Shown in pieces: positions 28,331 through 39,661 of a stretch of 64,000 bases of DNA. Each line of letters starts with the position of its first letter. Positions within the stretch are counted from its first letter, which is position 1. The stretch lies in assembly GCA_023475565.1 (NCBI GenBank), contig JAMCVT010000104.1, positions 11,486 to 75,485 on the forward strand, in the 5' to 3' direction. Source of the DNA: Actinomycetota bacterium. Lineage in GTDB: Bacteria > Bacillota > Desulfotomaculia > Desulfotomaculales > Desulfocucumaceae. A program made the position numbers and the translations under genes. Below the pieces are notes generated by a model. That model saw only the letters and a list, made by a program, of their open reading frames with translations, ran no database searches and was not told the origin of the DNA.

Positions 28331-29728
28331 ATGGAATCCCTTACACCCCGGGAGATAGTGGAAGAGCTTGATAAATACATAGTGGGTCAGGGCAGGGCCA
28401 AAAAAGCAGTGGCCATAGCCTTAAGGAATCGTTACAGGAGATCTATGCTTCCCCAGGATCTCAAGGATGAGGTGGTGCCCAAAAACATTCTTATGATAGG
28501 ACCCACGGGGGTTGGCAAGACCGAGATAGCCCGGAGGCTGGCCAGGCTTGTGAGGGCTCCCTTTGTAAAGGTGGAGGCCACCAAGTTTACCGAAGTGGGC
28601 TATGTGGGCCGGGATGTTGAGAGCATGGTCAGGGACCTGGTGGAAACAGCTATCAGGATGGTAAGGTCAGAAAGGATGGCCAGGGTTGAGGAAAGGGCCG
28701 GGAAAATGGCTGATGAAAGGATTATAGAGCTCCTGGCCCCACTTCCGAGGCAGGACTCCTCTCTTAAGAATCCCCTGGAAATGATTTTCGGAGGTAAACA
28801 GCCGGATTCCCAGGCTTCCCGGGATAATGATCAGCTTGCCCGCCGCATTGAATTTGAGAGGGAAAGCCTCCGTGAAAAGCTGACCCGGGGTGAGCTGGAA
28901 AATGAGCACGTGGAAATTGAGGTGGAGGAAAGCGCCACCCCCATGCTGGAGGTTTTCACCGGGGCCGGCGTGGAGGAAATGGGCATAAACATTCAGGATA
29001 TGCTGGGCGGTCTTTTCCCGAAGAAAAAGAAGAAAAGAAGGGTTACCGTCTCCGATGCCCGCAAGATACTCGTTCAGCAGGAGGCCCAGAAGCTTATAGA
29101 CATGGATGAGGTTACCTCCGAGGCGGTGAAGAGGGCCGAGGAAAGCGGGATAATATTCCTGGATGAAATTGACAAGATAGCTGTCAGGGACGGAGGATCC
29201 GGACCTGATGTTTCCAGGGGCGGGGTTCAGAGGGATATACTGCCCATAGTGGAGGGATCCACAGTGGTAACCAAGTATGGGCCGGTGAAGACCGATCACA
29301 TTCTGTTTATAGCCGCCGGGGCCTTTCACATGTCCAAACCCTCTGACCTCATACCGGAGCTGCAGGGCCGCTTCCCCATCAGGGTTGAACTGGACAGCCT
29401 CAGTGAAGAGGATTTTCTGCAAATTCTGACAGAGCCCCAAAATTCTCTTATCAAACAATATACCGCACTGCTTGCCACTGAAGGGCTGAATGTGGAATTT
29501 TCGCAAAATTCGCTTGTCGAAATTGCAAAAATCGCTTATACTGTTAATGGGCAAACTGAAAATATAGGTGCCAGAAGGCTCCATACAATTATGGAAAAAT
29601 TACTGGAAGATTTATCCTTTGATGCGCCTTCAATGCAAAACACAATGTTTAACATCGACCAGTCTTATGTTATGAAGAAACTTAATGATGTCGCCAAGAA
29701 CGAGGACTTGAGCCGATACATACTATGA
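28331..29728 (+). CDS. hslU: ATP-dependent protease ATPase subunit HslU
   Basis: Walker A is [15 protein letters not shown], with the I-domain and IFLDEIDKI. Confidence 0.95.
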   Translation: MESLTPREIVEELDKYIVGQGRAKKAVAIALRNRYRRSMLPQDLKDEVVPKNILMIGPTGVGKTEIARRLARLVRAPFVKVEATKFTEVGYVGRDVESMVRDLVETAIRMVRSERMARVEERAGKMADERIIELLAPLPRQDSSLKNPLEMIFGGKQPDSQASRDNDQLARRIEFERESLREKLTRGELENEHVEIEVEESATPMLEVFTGAGVEEMGINIQDMLGGLFPKKKKKRRVTVSDARKILVQQEAQKLIDMDEVTSEAVKRAEESGIIFLDEIDKIAVRDGGSGPDVSRGGVQRDILPIVEGSTVVTKYGPVKTDHILFIAAGAFHMSKPSDLIPELQGRFPIRVELDSLSEEDFLQILTEPQNSLIKQYTALLATEGLNVEFSQNSLVEIAKIAYTVNGQTENIGARRLHTIMEKLLEDLSFDAPSMQNTMFNIDQSYVMKKLNDVAKNEDLSRYIL

Positions 29729-29748
29729 GGAGGGAGCTGTAGTTTAAA

Positions 29749-30534
29749 TTGAGGGACTTGTTGGAAAAGACCCGGTCTATTAACAAGTTACTCCAGAAGT
29801 CTGCGGGCTACCCGGTGGACTATAAGGAAATAGCAGCCATACTGAGCGATAACATAGGCTGCAGCGTATATATTATCGACAGGCGGGGAAAAAACCTTGG
29901 CCATGCCTATCTTAGGGGCTTCACCTGTGAGATAATGAGGGACATAGTAGAGTCTCCGGAAGGATTTCCGGAGGATTATACCGATGCCCTGCTGCGCATG
30001 AGTGAAACCAACGCAAATTTCTGTCAGACTGTCAATATTTGTGTCTTCAGTCACGATAAGAAATGTAAATTCAGCAACAAGATAACCACCGTGGTTCCCA
30101 TTGTGGGGGCCGGTTCCCGGCTGGGCACACTGTTGCTGGCCAAATTCGACGAGACCTTTACCGATGAGGACCTCATACTGGCCGAGTACGGGGCCACCGT
30201 GGTGGGCATGGAGATATTAAGGGCCAGGGCCGGGCGCATGGAGGAAGAGGCCCGCAAGAGGGCGGCCGTGCAGATAGCGCTGGGTACCCTTTCCTACTCG
30301 GAACTGGATGCCGTGCAGCATATCTTCAAGCAGCTGGAGGGTGATGAGGGACTGCTGGTGGCCAGCAAAATAGCGGACCGGGTGGGCATCACCAGAAGTG
30401 TGATAGTAAATGCCCTGAGGAAATTTGAAAGCGCCGGTGTTATTGAGTCCAAATCCCTGGGAATGAAGGGCACGTATATAAGGGTGCTTAACGACAGGCT
30501 TCTGGAAGAGCTGGAAAGAATGAGCCAGCACTGA
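29749..30534 (+). CDS. codY: GTP-sensing transcriptional pleiotropic repressor CodY
   Basis: [14 protein letters not shown]-terminus, a GAF-like domain and the C-terminal w[29 protein letters not shown]. Confidence 0.95.
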   Translation: MRDLLEKTRSINKLLQKSAGYPVDYKEIAAILSDNIGCSVYIIDRRGKNLGHAYLRGFTCEIMRDIVESPEGFPEDYTDALLRMSETNANFCQTVNICVFSHDKKCKFSNKITTVVPIVGAGSRLGTLLLAKFDETFTDEDLILAEYGATVVGMEILRARAGRMEEEARKRAAVQIALGTLSYSELDAVQHIFKQLEGDEGLLVASKIADRVGITRSVIVNALRKFESAGVIESKSLGMKGTYIRVLNDRLLEELERMSQH

Positions 30535-30619
30535 GAAAAAGATAAATTGAATAACGTATGTTAATTAGGGGCGGTATCAAAAACCGGCCCTATTTGTATT
30601 TCTTAAGCCCGACAAAAAG

Positions 30620-30726
30620 GTAGTTGCCAAGCGGCACCATCAGAGGTTGAAAATACAAGGAATGCCCCCAAACCCTTCTGTATTCTGAATTCTGTATTCC
30701 GACCGATAAGAATTTCAGTATAAGCG
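30620..30726 (+). repeat. half copy of heptad-armed element (right arm only) with GTAGTTGCC...GCGGCACC module
   Basis: The sequence runs GTAGTTGCCAAGCGGCACCATCAGAGGTTGAAAATACAAGGAATGCC, then CTTCTGTATTCTGAATTCTGTATTCCGACCG, then ATAAGAATTTCAGTATAAGCG. No left arm is present upstream. Confidence 0.85.
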
Positions 30727-30737
30727 TCTTTTTGACC

Positions 30738-30767
30738 TTGCATTGATATGGATTTTTGTGTTAAAAT
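30738..30767 (+). promoter_or_regulatory. candidate sigma-A promoter for rpsB-tsf
   Basis: TTGCAT, 18-nt spacer, TAAAAT, with TGT immediately upstream of the -10. Confidence 0.35.
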
Positions 30768-30882
30768 CAACATTGGCGTTAAATTACACACGCCGTTGGA
30801 TTCCGGACAAGGGTGCCCTGGCGGGCTTTGGCCGGAAATGAAGGCGGCGGAGGCTAAAACCAGGCGGGAAGGAGGTGTACTT

Positions 30883-31587
30883 ATGGCTGTAATTTCTATG
30901 AAGCAACTCCTGGAGGCAGGGGTTCACTTTGGGCACCAGACCAGAAGATGGAATCCCAAGATGGAAACATACATTTATATAGCCCGTAACGGTATTTACA
31001 TTATTGACCTGCAGAAAACCGTGCGCAAGGTTGACGAGGCGTACGATTTCGTGAAGTCTCTGTCTGCCGCGGGCGAGACCATATTGTTTGTAGGGACTAA
31101 GAAACAGGCCCAGGAAGCGGTTAGGGAAGAAGCCGAAAAGTGCGGTATGTTTTTTGTGAACCAGCGCTGGCTCGGCGGAATGCTCACCAACTTCCAAACC
31201 ATTCGCCGCCGTATTGACAGGCTGCACGAGCTTGAGAAGATGGAAGCCGACGGCAGGATGGGTCTTCGTCCTAAAAAAGAAGTTGCCGAGCTTATGCATG
31301 AAAAGGAACGTCTGACCAAATTCCTGGGCGGTATTAAAGATATGCGCCGTTTGCCCGGAGCAGTTTTTATAATTGACCCCCGTAAGGAAAGGATTGCTGT
31401 GGCGGAAGCACGCAAATTGGGTATTCCCATCGTGGCAATCGTGGATACCAACTGCGACCCCGACGAAATTGACTATGTCATACCGGGTAATGACGATGCC
31501 ATCAGGGCTGTCAGGCTCTTGACCGGCAAGATGGCTGAAGCGGTCCTGGAAGGCAAGCAGGGAGAGCAGTTAGCTGCTGAAGAGTAA
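30883..31587 (+). CDS. rpsB: 30S ribosomal protein S2
   Basis: [30 protein letters not shown] 30883 lies 7 nt after GGAGG. Confidence 0.96.
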   Translation: MAVISMKQLLEAGVHFGHQTRRWNPKMETYIYIARNGIYIIDLQKTVRKVDEAYDFVKSLSAAGETILFVGTKKQAQEAVREEAEKCGMFFVNQRWLGGMLTNFQTIRRRIDRLHELEKMEADGRMGLRPKKEVAELMHEKERLTKFLGGIKDMRRLPGAVFIIDPRKERIAVAEARKLGIPIVAIVDTNCDPDEIDYVIPGNDDAIRAVRLLTGKMAEAVLEGKQGEQLAAEE

Positions 31588-31605
31588 TAGCTTTTTTTGC
31601 CTGGT

Positions 31606-31728
31606 GGGGGCACTTTAGTGGTCGTCAGTCGTAGGGCATCGGACGTCGGTAAGAGGGGATTTGACCGTGGGTCAAATGTCAACGGGACTTACGACTGACG
31701 ACCTACGACTGACGACTGAAGGTGCCCC
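31606..31728 (+). terminator. long heptad-repeat hairpin (variant E9, CGACTGA heptads) ending in a T-tract
   Basis: GTCGTCAGTCGTAGG (31621-31635) pairs perfectly with CCTACGACTGACGAC (31701-31715). An outer GGGGCAC/GTGCCCC stem and an inner ATTTGACC-GTG-GGTCAAAT hairpin are present, followed by TGCCTTTTT. Confidence 0.7.
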
Positions 31729-31865
31729 TGCCTTTTTAATGTGCCTCCCAAGCCCTGCAGCTGCAAAAGAATCGTTTGCCGGGGGTTAATTTGGGAGATA
31801 ATACATAGCACTGGCATTTTGGAGAGCACTCAATTATTGATTTTTATACCGGAGGAGGAATGGAT

Positions 31866-32519
31866 ATGGCTGAAATTAGCGCGTCGCTAGTTAAGGAACT
31901 GCGTGAAAGAACCGGAGCAGGAATGATGGACTGCAAAAAAGCCCTGGGAGAGGTAGGGGGCGATCTTGAAAAGGCCATCGATTTTCTGAGGGAAAAGGGT
32001 CTGGCTGCCGCTGCCAAAAAATCCGGCAGGGTCACAGCTGAGGGCCTGGTGGAGTCGTATATACACGGCGGAGGACGGATTGGTGTTCTGGTGGAGGTAA
32101 ACTGTGAGACCGATTTTGTGGCCAAAACCGATGAATTCAAGGCTCTGGTCAGGGACATCGCCATGCAGATAGCCGCCTCCAAGCCCGAGTGCATTCGGCG
32201 GGAGGAAGTGCCGGAGGAAACAATCACCAGGGAGAAGGAAGTTCTGGCCGCCCAGGCTGCCAACGAGGGCAAGCCGGAGAAAATAATACAAAAAATGGTG
32301 GAGGGCCGGATAGAGAAATATTACAAGGAAGTGTGCCTTCTGGAACAGCCTTTCATCAAAGACCCGGATAAAACAGTGAAACAGCTGCTGACTGAAAGTA
32401 TCTCCAAGATAGGAGAGAATATTTCGGTGCGCAGGTTTGCCAGGTTTGAGCTGGGCGAGGGACTTCAAAAGAGGTCCGATGATTTCGCCGCCGAGGTGGC
32501 GGCCGCCACAAAATGTTAA
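31866..32519 (+). CDS. tsf: translation elongation factor Ts
   Basis: [30 protein letters not shown] 31866 lies 7 nt after GGAGGAGG. Confidence 0.95.
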   Translation: MAEISASLVKELRERTGAGMMDCKKALGEVGGDLEKAIDFLREKGLAAAAKKSGRVTAEGLVESYIHGGGRIGVLVEVNCETDFVAKTDEFKALVRDIAMQIAASKPECIRREEVPEETITREKEVLAAQAANEGKPEKIIQKMVEGRIEKYYKEVCLLEQPFIKDPDKTVKQLLTESISKIGENISVRRFARFELGEGLQKRSDDFAAEVAAATKC

Positions 32520-32561
32520 TAAGCGCTGCGTCCGGGTGAAGGGATTATTTTCAATTTGTAG

Positions 32562-33854
<1,293 letters not shown>

Positions 33855-33858
<4 letters not shown>

Positions 33859-34109
33859 ACGGCCGGCTGGAGGCGGATCTGCTTGCCGTCACCAGGGAAG
33901 AGGCGGTGGCTGTACTGGAGAGGGCCGGCCTCTTCGTTCAGGTGCAGCATACCGGGGCGTCCGGCGGGCTCCCCGGCGGCTGTGCGGTGGAAAGGGTGGT
34001 CCGCTTTTGTCTCCGGGAAAACACCGGTGTTATAACAGTTGCCCGTGAACTGACCCGCCTTTCAGGAGATAGGAAACCTTTTTCGGCAGCCGGCGGACTG
34101 GAAAAGTGA
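33855..34109 (+). CDS. hypothetical 84-aa protein (weak PASTA-like pattern)
   Basis: The ORF overlaps the frr stop. [18 protein letters not shown] resembles a PASTA helix-strand. Non-ATG start. Confidence 0.35.
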
Positions 34110-34144
34110 AACAGTTCTGCCGGAGCGTCCGGTCGCGTATAATA

Positions 34145-34190
34145 ATTGCGGGGTGAGGGACCGAAAGTCCTAAAGGGGCGGCAGCCCCTT
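34145..34190 (+). repeat. 46-nt conserved motif, copy B
   Basis: TTGCGGGGTGAGGGACCGAAAGTCCTAAAGGGGCGGCAGCCCCTTC is followed directly by TAAAAGGAGG and the ferredoxin ATG. Confidence 0.85.
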
Positions 34191-34206
34191 CTAAAAGGAG
34201 GTGTAG

Positions 34207-34386
34207 AATGGGTTACCGTATAACCGGTGAGTGCCTGGCGTGTGGGACCTGCATGGAATCATGCCCCAACGAGGCTATAACTGAGGGGGAAACCTACAAC
34301 ATCGACCACGATAAATGCGAAAGATGCGGCATATGCATTGATTCCTGTCCCACCGGAGCCATTGTTGAAGAAAATAACCCCCTCTG
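34207..34386 (+). CDS. small 2x[4Fe-4S] ferredoxin, 59 aa (MGYRITGECLACGTCMESCP...CERCGICIDSCPTGAIVEENNPL)
   Basis: It is not in the ORF track because it is under 60 aa. It has two CxxCxxCxxxCP clusters, AAGGAGG 6 nt upstream and a terminator downstream. Confidence 0.85.
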
Positions 34387-34411
34387 ACCGTGAGGGGGTT
34401 GTCTTATATTT
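34375..34411 (+). terminator. intrinsic terminator after ferredoxin
   Basis: AACCCCCTC-TGACCGT-GAGGGGGTT followed by GTCTTATATTTT. The stem overlaps the stop codon. Confidence 0.7.
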
Positions 34412-34428
34412 TCTCACAGGCACTGCTT

Positions 34429-34603
34429 TCCGGTCGGAATCCAGAATTCAGAAGCCAGGAGTCAGAATTTTTTGCAAGCTGTACTCTGAGGGCAGGCCGA
34501 ATGCCTTGATTTATAGCTGTCTTTTGACCTATAAGGAATGCCTGAAATTCTGGATTCTGAATTCTGACTCCTGTATTCCGACCGCAAAGAATTTCAGAAT
34601 AAG
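34429..34603. repeat. heptad-armed element, copy E5 (reference orientation)
   Basis: The modules run CCGGTCGGAATCCAGAATTCAGAAGCCAGGAGTCAGAAT, TTTTTTGCAAGCTG, centre, CTATAAGGAATGCCTGAA, ATTCTGGATTCTGAATTCTGACTCCTGTATTCCGACCG, CAAAGAATTTCAGAATAAGC. Confidence 0.9.
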
Positions 34604-34614
34604 CTATTCCGGGG

Positions 34615-35457
34615 ATGCATCTTGGTAATATAATGGTTGTGAAGCAATTTGTGGGGGGTGAGCCGGTGTTTAAAAATATCGTGAACCTGGTGCGCAGGGC
34701 CCCGGACAGGGAAATAGACCAGGAGGATTTGCTTAAAGCGGCCCTGGACCCCTCCCGCATGCCTCGCCATGTGGCTATAATAATGGATGGAAATGGCAGG
34801 TGGGCCCGCAGCAGGGGCTTGCCCCGCTCTTTAGGGCACCGGGCCGGAGTCGAGTCCCTCCGCGAGGTGGTAAAAATAAGCTCCGAGATTGGGCTCGAAT
34901 TTCTTACGGTATACGCTTTCTCCACCGAGAACTGGAAGCGTCCCCGGGAGGAAGTGGACAGCCTGATGGACCTGCTGGTGGAGTACCTCTATAAGGAAAT
35001 AAAAGACCTTATAAAGAACAATGTCAGGGTAAGGGCTATAGGAAAGCTGGCTGAACTTCCCCCAAAGGCCCATGAGGCTGTTGTCCGGGCCCATGAAATG
35101 TCAAAAAAATGCACCGGGCTCAATTTTAATATCGCCCTCAATTACGGGGGGAGGGTTGAGCTGGAAGATGCTGTCAGGATGATTGGCGCCAAGGTGGCCG
35201 CCGGGGAGCTCTCTCCCGGCGACATCAACCAGAGTGTTATTTCGGACCACCTGTATACGGCGGGCCAGCCTGATCCCGATATTCTAATACGTCCGGCCGG
35301 AGATTTACGGCTCAGTAATTTTCTTCTGTGGCAGCTGGCGTACACGGAATTCTGGCTTACTGATGTAATGTGGCCGGATTTTAAAAGAATTCACCTGATT
35401 AAGGCGGTGGTTGACTTTCAGAGGAGAAACCGCCGGTTCGGGGGACTAAATGAGTAG
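34615..35457 (+). CDS. uppS: isoprenyl transferase (undecaprenyl diphosphate synthase)
   Basis: HVAIIMDGNGRWA and RLSNFLLWQLAYTEF. The exact start is uncertain because several in-frame GTGs lie at 34633-34669. Confidence 0.92.
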   Translation: MHLGNIMVVKQFVGGEPVFKNIVNLVRRAPDREIDQEDLLKAALDPSRMPRHVAIIMDGNGRWARSRGLPRSLGHRAGVESLREVVKISSEIGLEFLTVYAFSTENWKRPREEVDSLMDLLVEYLYKEIKDLIKNNVRVRAIGKLAELPPKAHEAVVRAHEMSKKCTGLNFNIALNYGGRVELEDAVRMIGAKVAAGELSPGDINQSVISDHLYTAGQPDPDILIRPAGDLRLSNFLLWQLAYTEFWLTDVMWPDFKRIHLIKAVVDFQRRNRRFGGLNE

Positions 35458-35469
35458 GCTGGTGATTAT

Positions 35470-36258
35470 TTGCTGTATCAGAGGGTCTTGAGCGCCGCTG
35501 TGGGAATCCCTGTTTTGCTGGCGGCTGTCTGGCGGGGGGGCTGGCTGCTTTTTGCCGCCACCGTGCTGCTAATGCTTCTTTCTCTTTATGAGTTTAATAG
35601 ATTATTTATTGTGATGGGAACAAAGACATCCTTTTTCATAATGGCGGCCGGTATGCTGGTTTTATCGGCCGGCGCCCTGTGGGGAGGCGCCGGGGCCTAT
35701 GGGCTGGCGGTAGTCCCGGTGGTTATGCTCATGCTTATAAGCGGGGTGCTGAGCTACCCCGGGGTAACACCTGCGGCTGTGGCCGTAAGGCTGACCGGGA
35801 CACTGTACGTAAGTCTTCTTATTTATTTTTACCTGATCAGGACACTGGATGGCGGGCAACTGTGGATACTGACCCTACTGGCGGCCATCTGGGCCGGCGA
35901 CACCGTGGCCTATTTTACCGGCAAAAAATTGGGCAAAAGGAAGCTGGCCCCGGATTTGAGCCCCGGCAAGACCGTTGAGGGCGCTGTGTGCGGGTTGGCC
36001 GGTTGTATCCTGGGGGCCTTTGCGGTATATTTTCTGTTTCCTGCACTGCCTTCGGGACAGGTTCTGGCAGTGGGCGCGGTGGCCGGTGTTTTCGGTATAA
36101 TTGGCGACCTTTTTGAGTCAAGCCTGAAGAGGCAGGGGGGGATAAAGGACAGCGGAACTGTTATCCCCGGCCATGGAGGAGTGTTGGACAGGTTTGACAG
36201 CCTGATCTTTGCCGCCCCTGCGGTTTACTATCTTTTATCCTTTTGGTCAATAGGATGA
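35470..36258 (+). CDS. cdsA: phosphatidate cytidylyltransferase
   Basis: C-terminal signature SLKRQGGIKDSGTVIPGHGGVLDRFDS. Confidence 0.92.
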   Translation: MLYQRVLSAAVGIPVLLAAVWRGGWLLFAATVLLMLLSLYEFNRLFIVMGTKTSFFIMAAGMLVLSAGALWGGAGAYGLAVVPVVMLMLISGVLSYPGVTPAAVAVRLTGTLYVSLLIYFYLIRTLDGGQLWILTLLAAIWAGDTVAYFTGKKLGKRKLAPDLSPGKTVEGAVCGLAGCILGAFAVYFLFPALPSGQVLAVGAVAGVFGIIGDLFESSLKRQGGIKDSGTVIPGHGGVLDRFDSLIFAAPAVYYLLSFWSIG

Positions 36259-36270
36259 GGAGTCGTTGAT

Positions 36271-37338
36271 ATGTCAAAGTATATCCAGGCTGTTATTCTG
36301 ACAGGGGCCTCCCTGGCCCTGATATATTTCTCTGCGCTTTACTTTGTGCCGGAGCTGTTTGTCATTTTAAGCAGTGCTTTGGCCCTGCTGGTGCCCTTTA
36401 TTATTGCCGCTCTGGTGGCCCTCTTGATGGAGCCGGCCATAAGCCTTCTTACCACCAGGACCCGTATGAGCCGGTCTGCGGCAGTGGCCCTGTCAATGCT
36501 GGCCTTCTTCGGGAGCTTCGGCCTTCTGGTCACCTTTGCCATTACCAGGCTGGTCAGGGAGCTGAGTGAACTTTCTCTGTACCTTCCCCGGTATGTAAAG
36601 CCTGTTCAGGAGTTTACCACCTACACCTTTGAGCGCAGTAAACTGCTGTATTTCAGCCTGCCTCCGGATGTTACGCTAAAATTTAGGGAAGGCCTGGGAA
36701 ACATGACCGGCAACCTTTCCAACATGGCCGGGTCCCTGGCCCAGTTTCTTATAGGACTGGCCTCGGCCCTTCCGGGGGCGGTGCTCGGTATAATAGTTGC
36801 GCTGATAGCCATTTATTTTTTCAGCAAGGACCGGGAGCTTATTGTCAAACTGTGGATGAACCTTATACCTTCCCCATGGAGTGACAGGAGCCTGCAGGTG
36901 ATCAGGGAGGTGTCCCGGGCTTTCCTGAGCTATATCAGGGCCCAGGCCTTTCTGGTCTCCCTTACCACTGTACAGGCTATCGCGGGGCTTTATATAATAG
37001 GCGCCAGGTATGCCCTGACCATGGGGCTCCTGATAGGTTTTTTCGATGTTCTGCCGGTGCTGGGGCCGGCCGCCATTATTCTGCCCTGGGCCGTATGGAG
37101 CTTTATAAGCGGCAATGTGGCCTTCGGTGTAAAGCTTGTGGTGCTCTACCTTCTGCTATGGCTGGTCAGGCAAACCCTTGAGGCCAGGGTGGTGGCCGCC
37201 AACCTGGGGCTGCATCCCCTGGCGGTGCTGGCCGTCATGTATATAGGCCTGAATATAATCGGGGTGGCCGGCCTTTTTCTGGGACCCTTACTGCTGATAA
37301 CCTTCCAGTCCATTTACAAGGCGGTAAAAAGGGTGTAA
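36271..37338 (+). CDS. AI-2E family transporter (PerM/YtvI-like permease)
   Basis: 355-aa 8-TM protein. The conserved C-terminal half LGLHPLAVLAVMYIGLNIIGVAGLFLGP is typical of the family. Confidence 0.7.
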   Translation: MSKYIQAVILTGASLALIYFSALYFVPELFVILSSALALLVPFIIAALVALLMEPAISLLTTRTRMSRSAAVALSMLAFFGSFGLLVTFAITRLVRELSELSLYLPRYVKPVQEFTTYTFERSKLLYFSLPPDVTLKFREGLGNMTGNLSNMAGSLAQFLIGLASALPGAVLGIIVALIAIYFFSKDRELIVKLWMNLIPSPWSDRSLQVIREVSRAFLSYIRAQAFLVSLTTVQAIAGLYIIGARYALTMGLLIGFFDVLPVLGPAAIILPWAVWSFISGNVAFGVKLVVLYLLLWLVRQTLEARVVAANLGLHPLAVLAVMYIGLNIIGVAGLFLGPLLLITFQSIYKAVKRV

Positions 37339-37359
37339 TTTATAGAATTAATTCCGGGG

Positions 37360-38511
37360 GTGTGTTTTATTAAAGGAGTTTCCATACTGGGCAGCACTGG
37401 TTCTATCGGCCGCCAGGCGCTGGACGTGCTGGACGGGCTGCCTGACTTTCGCATCGTGGGGCTGGCAGCCGGGAAAAATATAAAGCTGCTGAAAGAACAG
37501 ATAATAAGGTACAGGCCTCTACTGGTCTCGGTCGAAAAAGAGGACGATGCGCTGGAGCTGGCCCGGGAGTTGGCCGGAAAGGGCACCGAAATACTCTGGG
37601 GGTCTGAGGGGCTGCTGGCTGTGGCCGCTCATCCTGCTGCCGGAGTGGTGATCACTGCGGTGACCGGCACGGCCGGGCTCCTGCCGACGGTGGAGGCCAT
37701 CAGCGCCGGGAAGGACATTGCCCTGGCCAACAAGGAGACGCTGGTTGCGGCGGGCTCCCTGGTGACCGGCCTGGCGGCCCAAAAAGGGGTTAATATTCTT
37801 CCGGTGGACAGCGAGCACTCGGCCATATGGCAGTGTTTACGGGGATCCCGGCCCGGTGAGGTGGAAAGTATAATTCTAACCGCATCTGGAGGCCCTTTCC
37901 GAAAGGAGAGGGACCTGGAAAGGGTTACCGTGTCAAAGGCCCTGGCTCACCCCAACTGGAGCATGGGAAAGAAAATAACAGTGGACTCAGCCACCCTCAT
38001 GAACAAGGGCCTGGAGGTTATTGAGGCCAGGTGGCTGTTTGGACTTGATTACGATAGAATAAGGGTGGTGGTCCATCCCCAGAGCATAATACACTCCATG
38101 GTGGAGTTCAGGGACGGGTCAGTGCTGGCCCAGCTTGGGCTGCCGGACATGAAGCTGCCCATTCAGTATGCCCTCACCTATCCGGACCGGCTGCCCGGGA
38201 ATGTTCCCAGGCTGGACCCGGCCAAAATGAGCGCATTGACTTTCGAGCCCCCGGACATAGTCCGGTTCCCCCTTCTTGACCTGGCTTACCGGGTGGGCAG
38301 GCGTGGCGGCACCCTTCCGGCGGCCATGAACGCTGCCAATGAGGCGGCCGTGGAATTGTTTCTGGCCGGGAGAATAAGGTTCACATCTATTTACAGGGTG
38401 GTGGAGGAAGTGGTAGGCCGCCATGACATTACAGACCGGCCCGGCCTTGAAGAGATACTGGAGGCCGACCGCTGGGCCAGGGAAAAGGCCTCGGTGGCGG
38501 ACACCAGATAA
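37360..38511 (+). CDS. dxr: 1-deoxy-D-xylulose 5-phosphate reductoisomerase
   Basis: [29 protein letters not shown] and [23 protein letters not shown]. Confidence 0.95.
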   Translation: MCFIKGVSILGSTGSIGRQALDVLDGLPDFRIVGLAAGKNIKLLKEQIIRYRPLLVSVEKEDDALELARELAGKGTEILWGSEGLLAVAAHPAAGVVITAVTGTAGLLPTVEAISAGKDIALANKETLVAAGSLVTGLAAQKGVNILPVDSEHSAIWQCLRGSRPGEVESIILTASGGPFRKERDLERVTVSKALAHPNWSMGKKITVDSATLMNKGLEVIEARWLFGLDYDRIRVVVHPQSIIHSMVEFRDGSVLAQLGLPDMKLPIQYALTYPDRLPGNVPRLDPAKMSALTFEPPDIVRFPLLDLAYRVGRRGGTLPAAMNAANEAAVELFLAGRIRFTSIYRVVEEVVGRHDITDRPGLEEILEADRWAREKASVADTR

Positions 38512-38613
38512 CAGCGGCCTGCCGGAATGAAATAATGCGGTAATACGGCAGAATATAATAAGCCGGTTAAAGCCCGGGAGGGTTTTAAGCTTAAAAATAA
38601 AGGGTGATAAATT

Positions 38614-39657
38614 ATGGGTACTTTTCTTGCTTCAATTGTTGTTTTCGGGCTGCTTATTTTTTTTCATGAACTGGGCCATTTCGTGGTGGCCAAAAGGGTG
38701 GGCATAAAGGTTCATGAATTCAGCATGGGCTTCGGGCCCAAAATTGTTTCGGTACCCAGGGGGGAGACAGCGTACAACCTGCGGCTTCTTCCACTGGGGG
38801 GCTTCGTCCGCATGGCCGGAATGGACCCCTCCGAGGAGGAGGAAGAGGTTGATGAGGAAAGGGGCTTTAACAGGAAGTCGGTACTGCAGAGGACAGGGGT
38901 AATAATAGCCGGGCCGCTGATGAATTTTGTGCTGGCAGTTGTGCTGATTGCGGCTATTTTCATGTTCTACGGACTTCCCGACGCCCCCACCACCAGGGTC
39001 CGTGATGTGCTGGAAGGAAAGCCGGCGGCAGTGGCAGGGATTCATCCCGGTGATGTGATTACCGGCATTGGCGGGACCAGGATAGAAAGCTGGGAAATGC
39101 TCAGCCAGGCCGTGGCCTCCAGCTCCGGAAAGCCTCTCGATATAACGGTAAACCGGGGTGGACATCAGGTTACTATTAAAAATGTAATCCCCTACTCCGA
39201 TGAGGGGCACTACCGGATAGGCATTCAGCCCACCCTGAAGAAGGCCAACCCCATCACCGCCCTGGCCCTGGGAACCAAACACACCGCTTACACCACTGCA
39301 CAGATTTTGAACCTGCTGGGCCAGGGGCTGATCGGGAAAACTCCCATACAGCTGGGGGGGCCGGTGCAGATAGTGGCCACCATTGGCGAGGCTGTTAAAA
39401 GCACCAGCTGGCTTCTCAACCTGGTGAGCGTGGCCACACTGCTCTCCATAAGCCTGGGACTGTTCAATCTTTTTCCCATACCGGCGCTGGACGGCAGCCG
39501 CATTCTGTTTTTGCTGATCGAAAAATTGCGGGGCCGGCCTGTGGAGCCGCAGAAGGAAAATTTTATCCATATGATCGGCTTTGGCCTGCTGCTGCTCCTG
39601 ATAGTGGTTATAACCTATAACGATATACTCAGGATAGTAATAAAGGCGGGTATATAG
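38614..39657 (+). CDS. rseP: RIP metalloprotease RseP
   Basis: HELGHF zinc motif, a PDZ domain and [12 protein letters not shown]. Confidence 0.93.
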   Translation: MGTFLASIVVFGLLIFFHELGHFVVAKRVGIKVHEFSMGFGPKIVSVPRGETAYNLRLLPLGGFVRMAGMDPSEEEEEVDEERGFNRKSVLQRTGVIIAGPLMNFVLAVVLIAAIFMFYGLPDAPTTRVRDVLEGKPAAVAGIHPGDVITGIGGTRIESWEMLSQAVASSSGKPLDITVNRGGHQVTIKNVIPYSDEGHYRIGIQPTLKKANPITALALGTKHTAYTTAQILNLLGQGLIGKTPIQLGGPVQIVATIGEAVKSTSWLLNLVSVATLLSISLGLFNLFPIPALDGSRILFLLIEKLRGRPVEPQKENFIHMIGFGLLLLLIVVITYNDILRIVIKAGI

Positions 39658-39661
39658 GGCC

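Noticed and set aside
34151-34170. GGGACCGAAAGTCC within the 46-nt motif as an RNase P RNA or ribozyme core (similar to GAGGAAAGUCC)
   Set aside because: Only about 9 nt resemble the RNase P CR-I sequence. The motif is far too short and is present three times, and no surrounding P RNA, hammerhead or twister structure exists.
34429-34603. Heptad-armed elements as classical MITEs with target-site duplications
   Set aside because: The bases immediately outside the CCGGTCGG/CCGACCGG termini are complementary to each other, so they extend the palindrome. They are not direct repeats, and no consistent TSD is visible in any copy.
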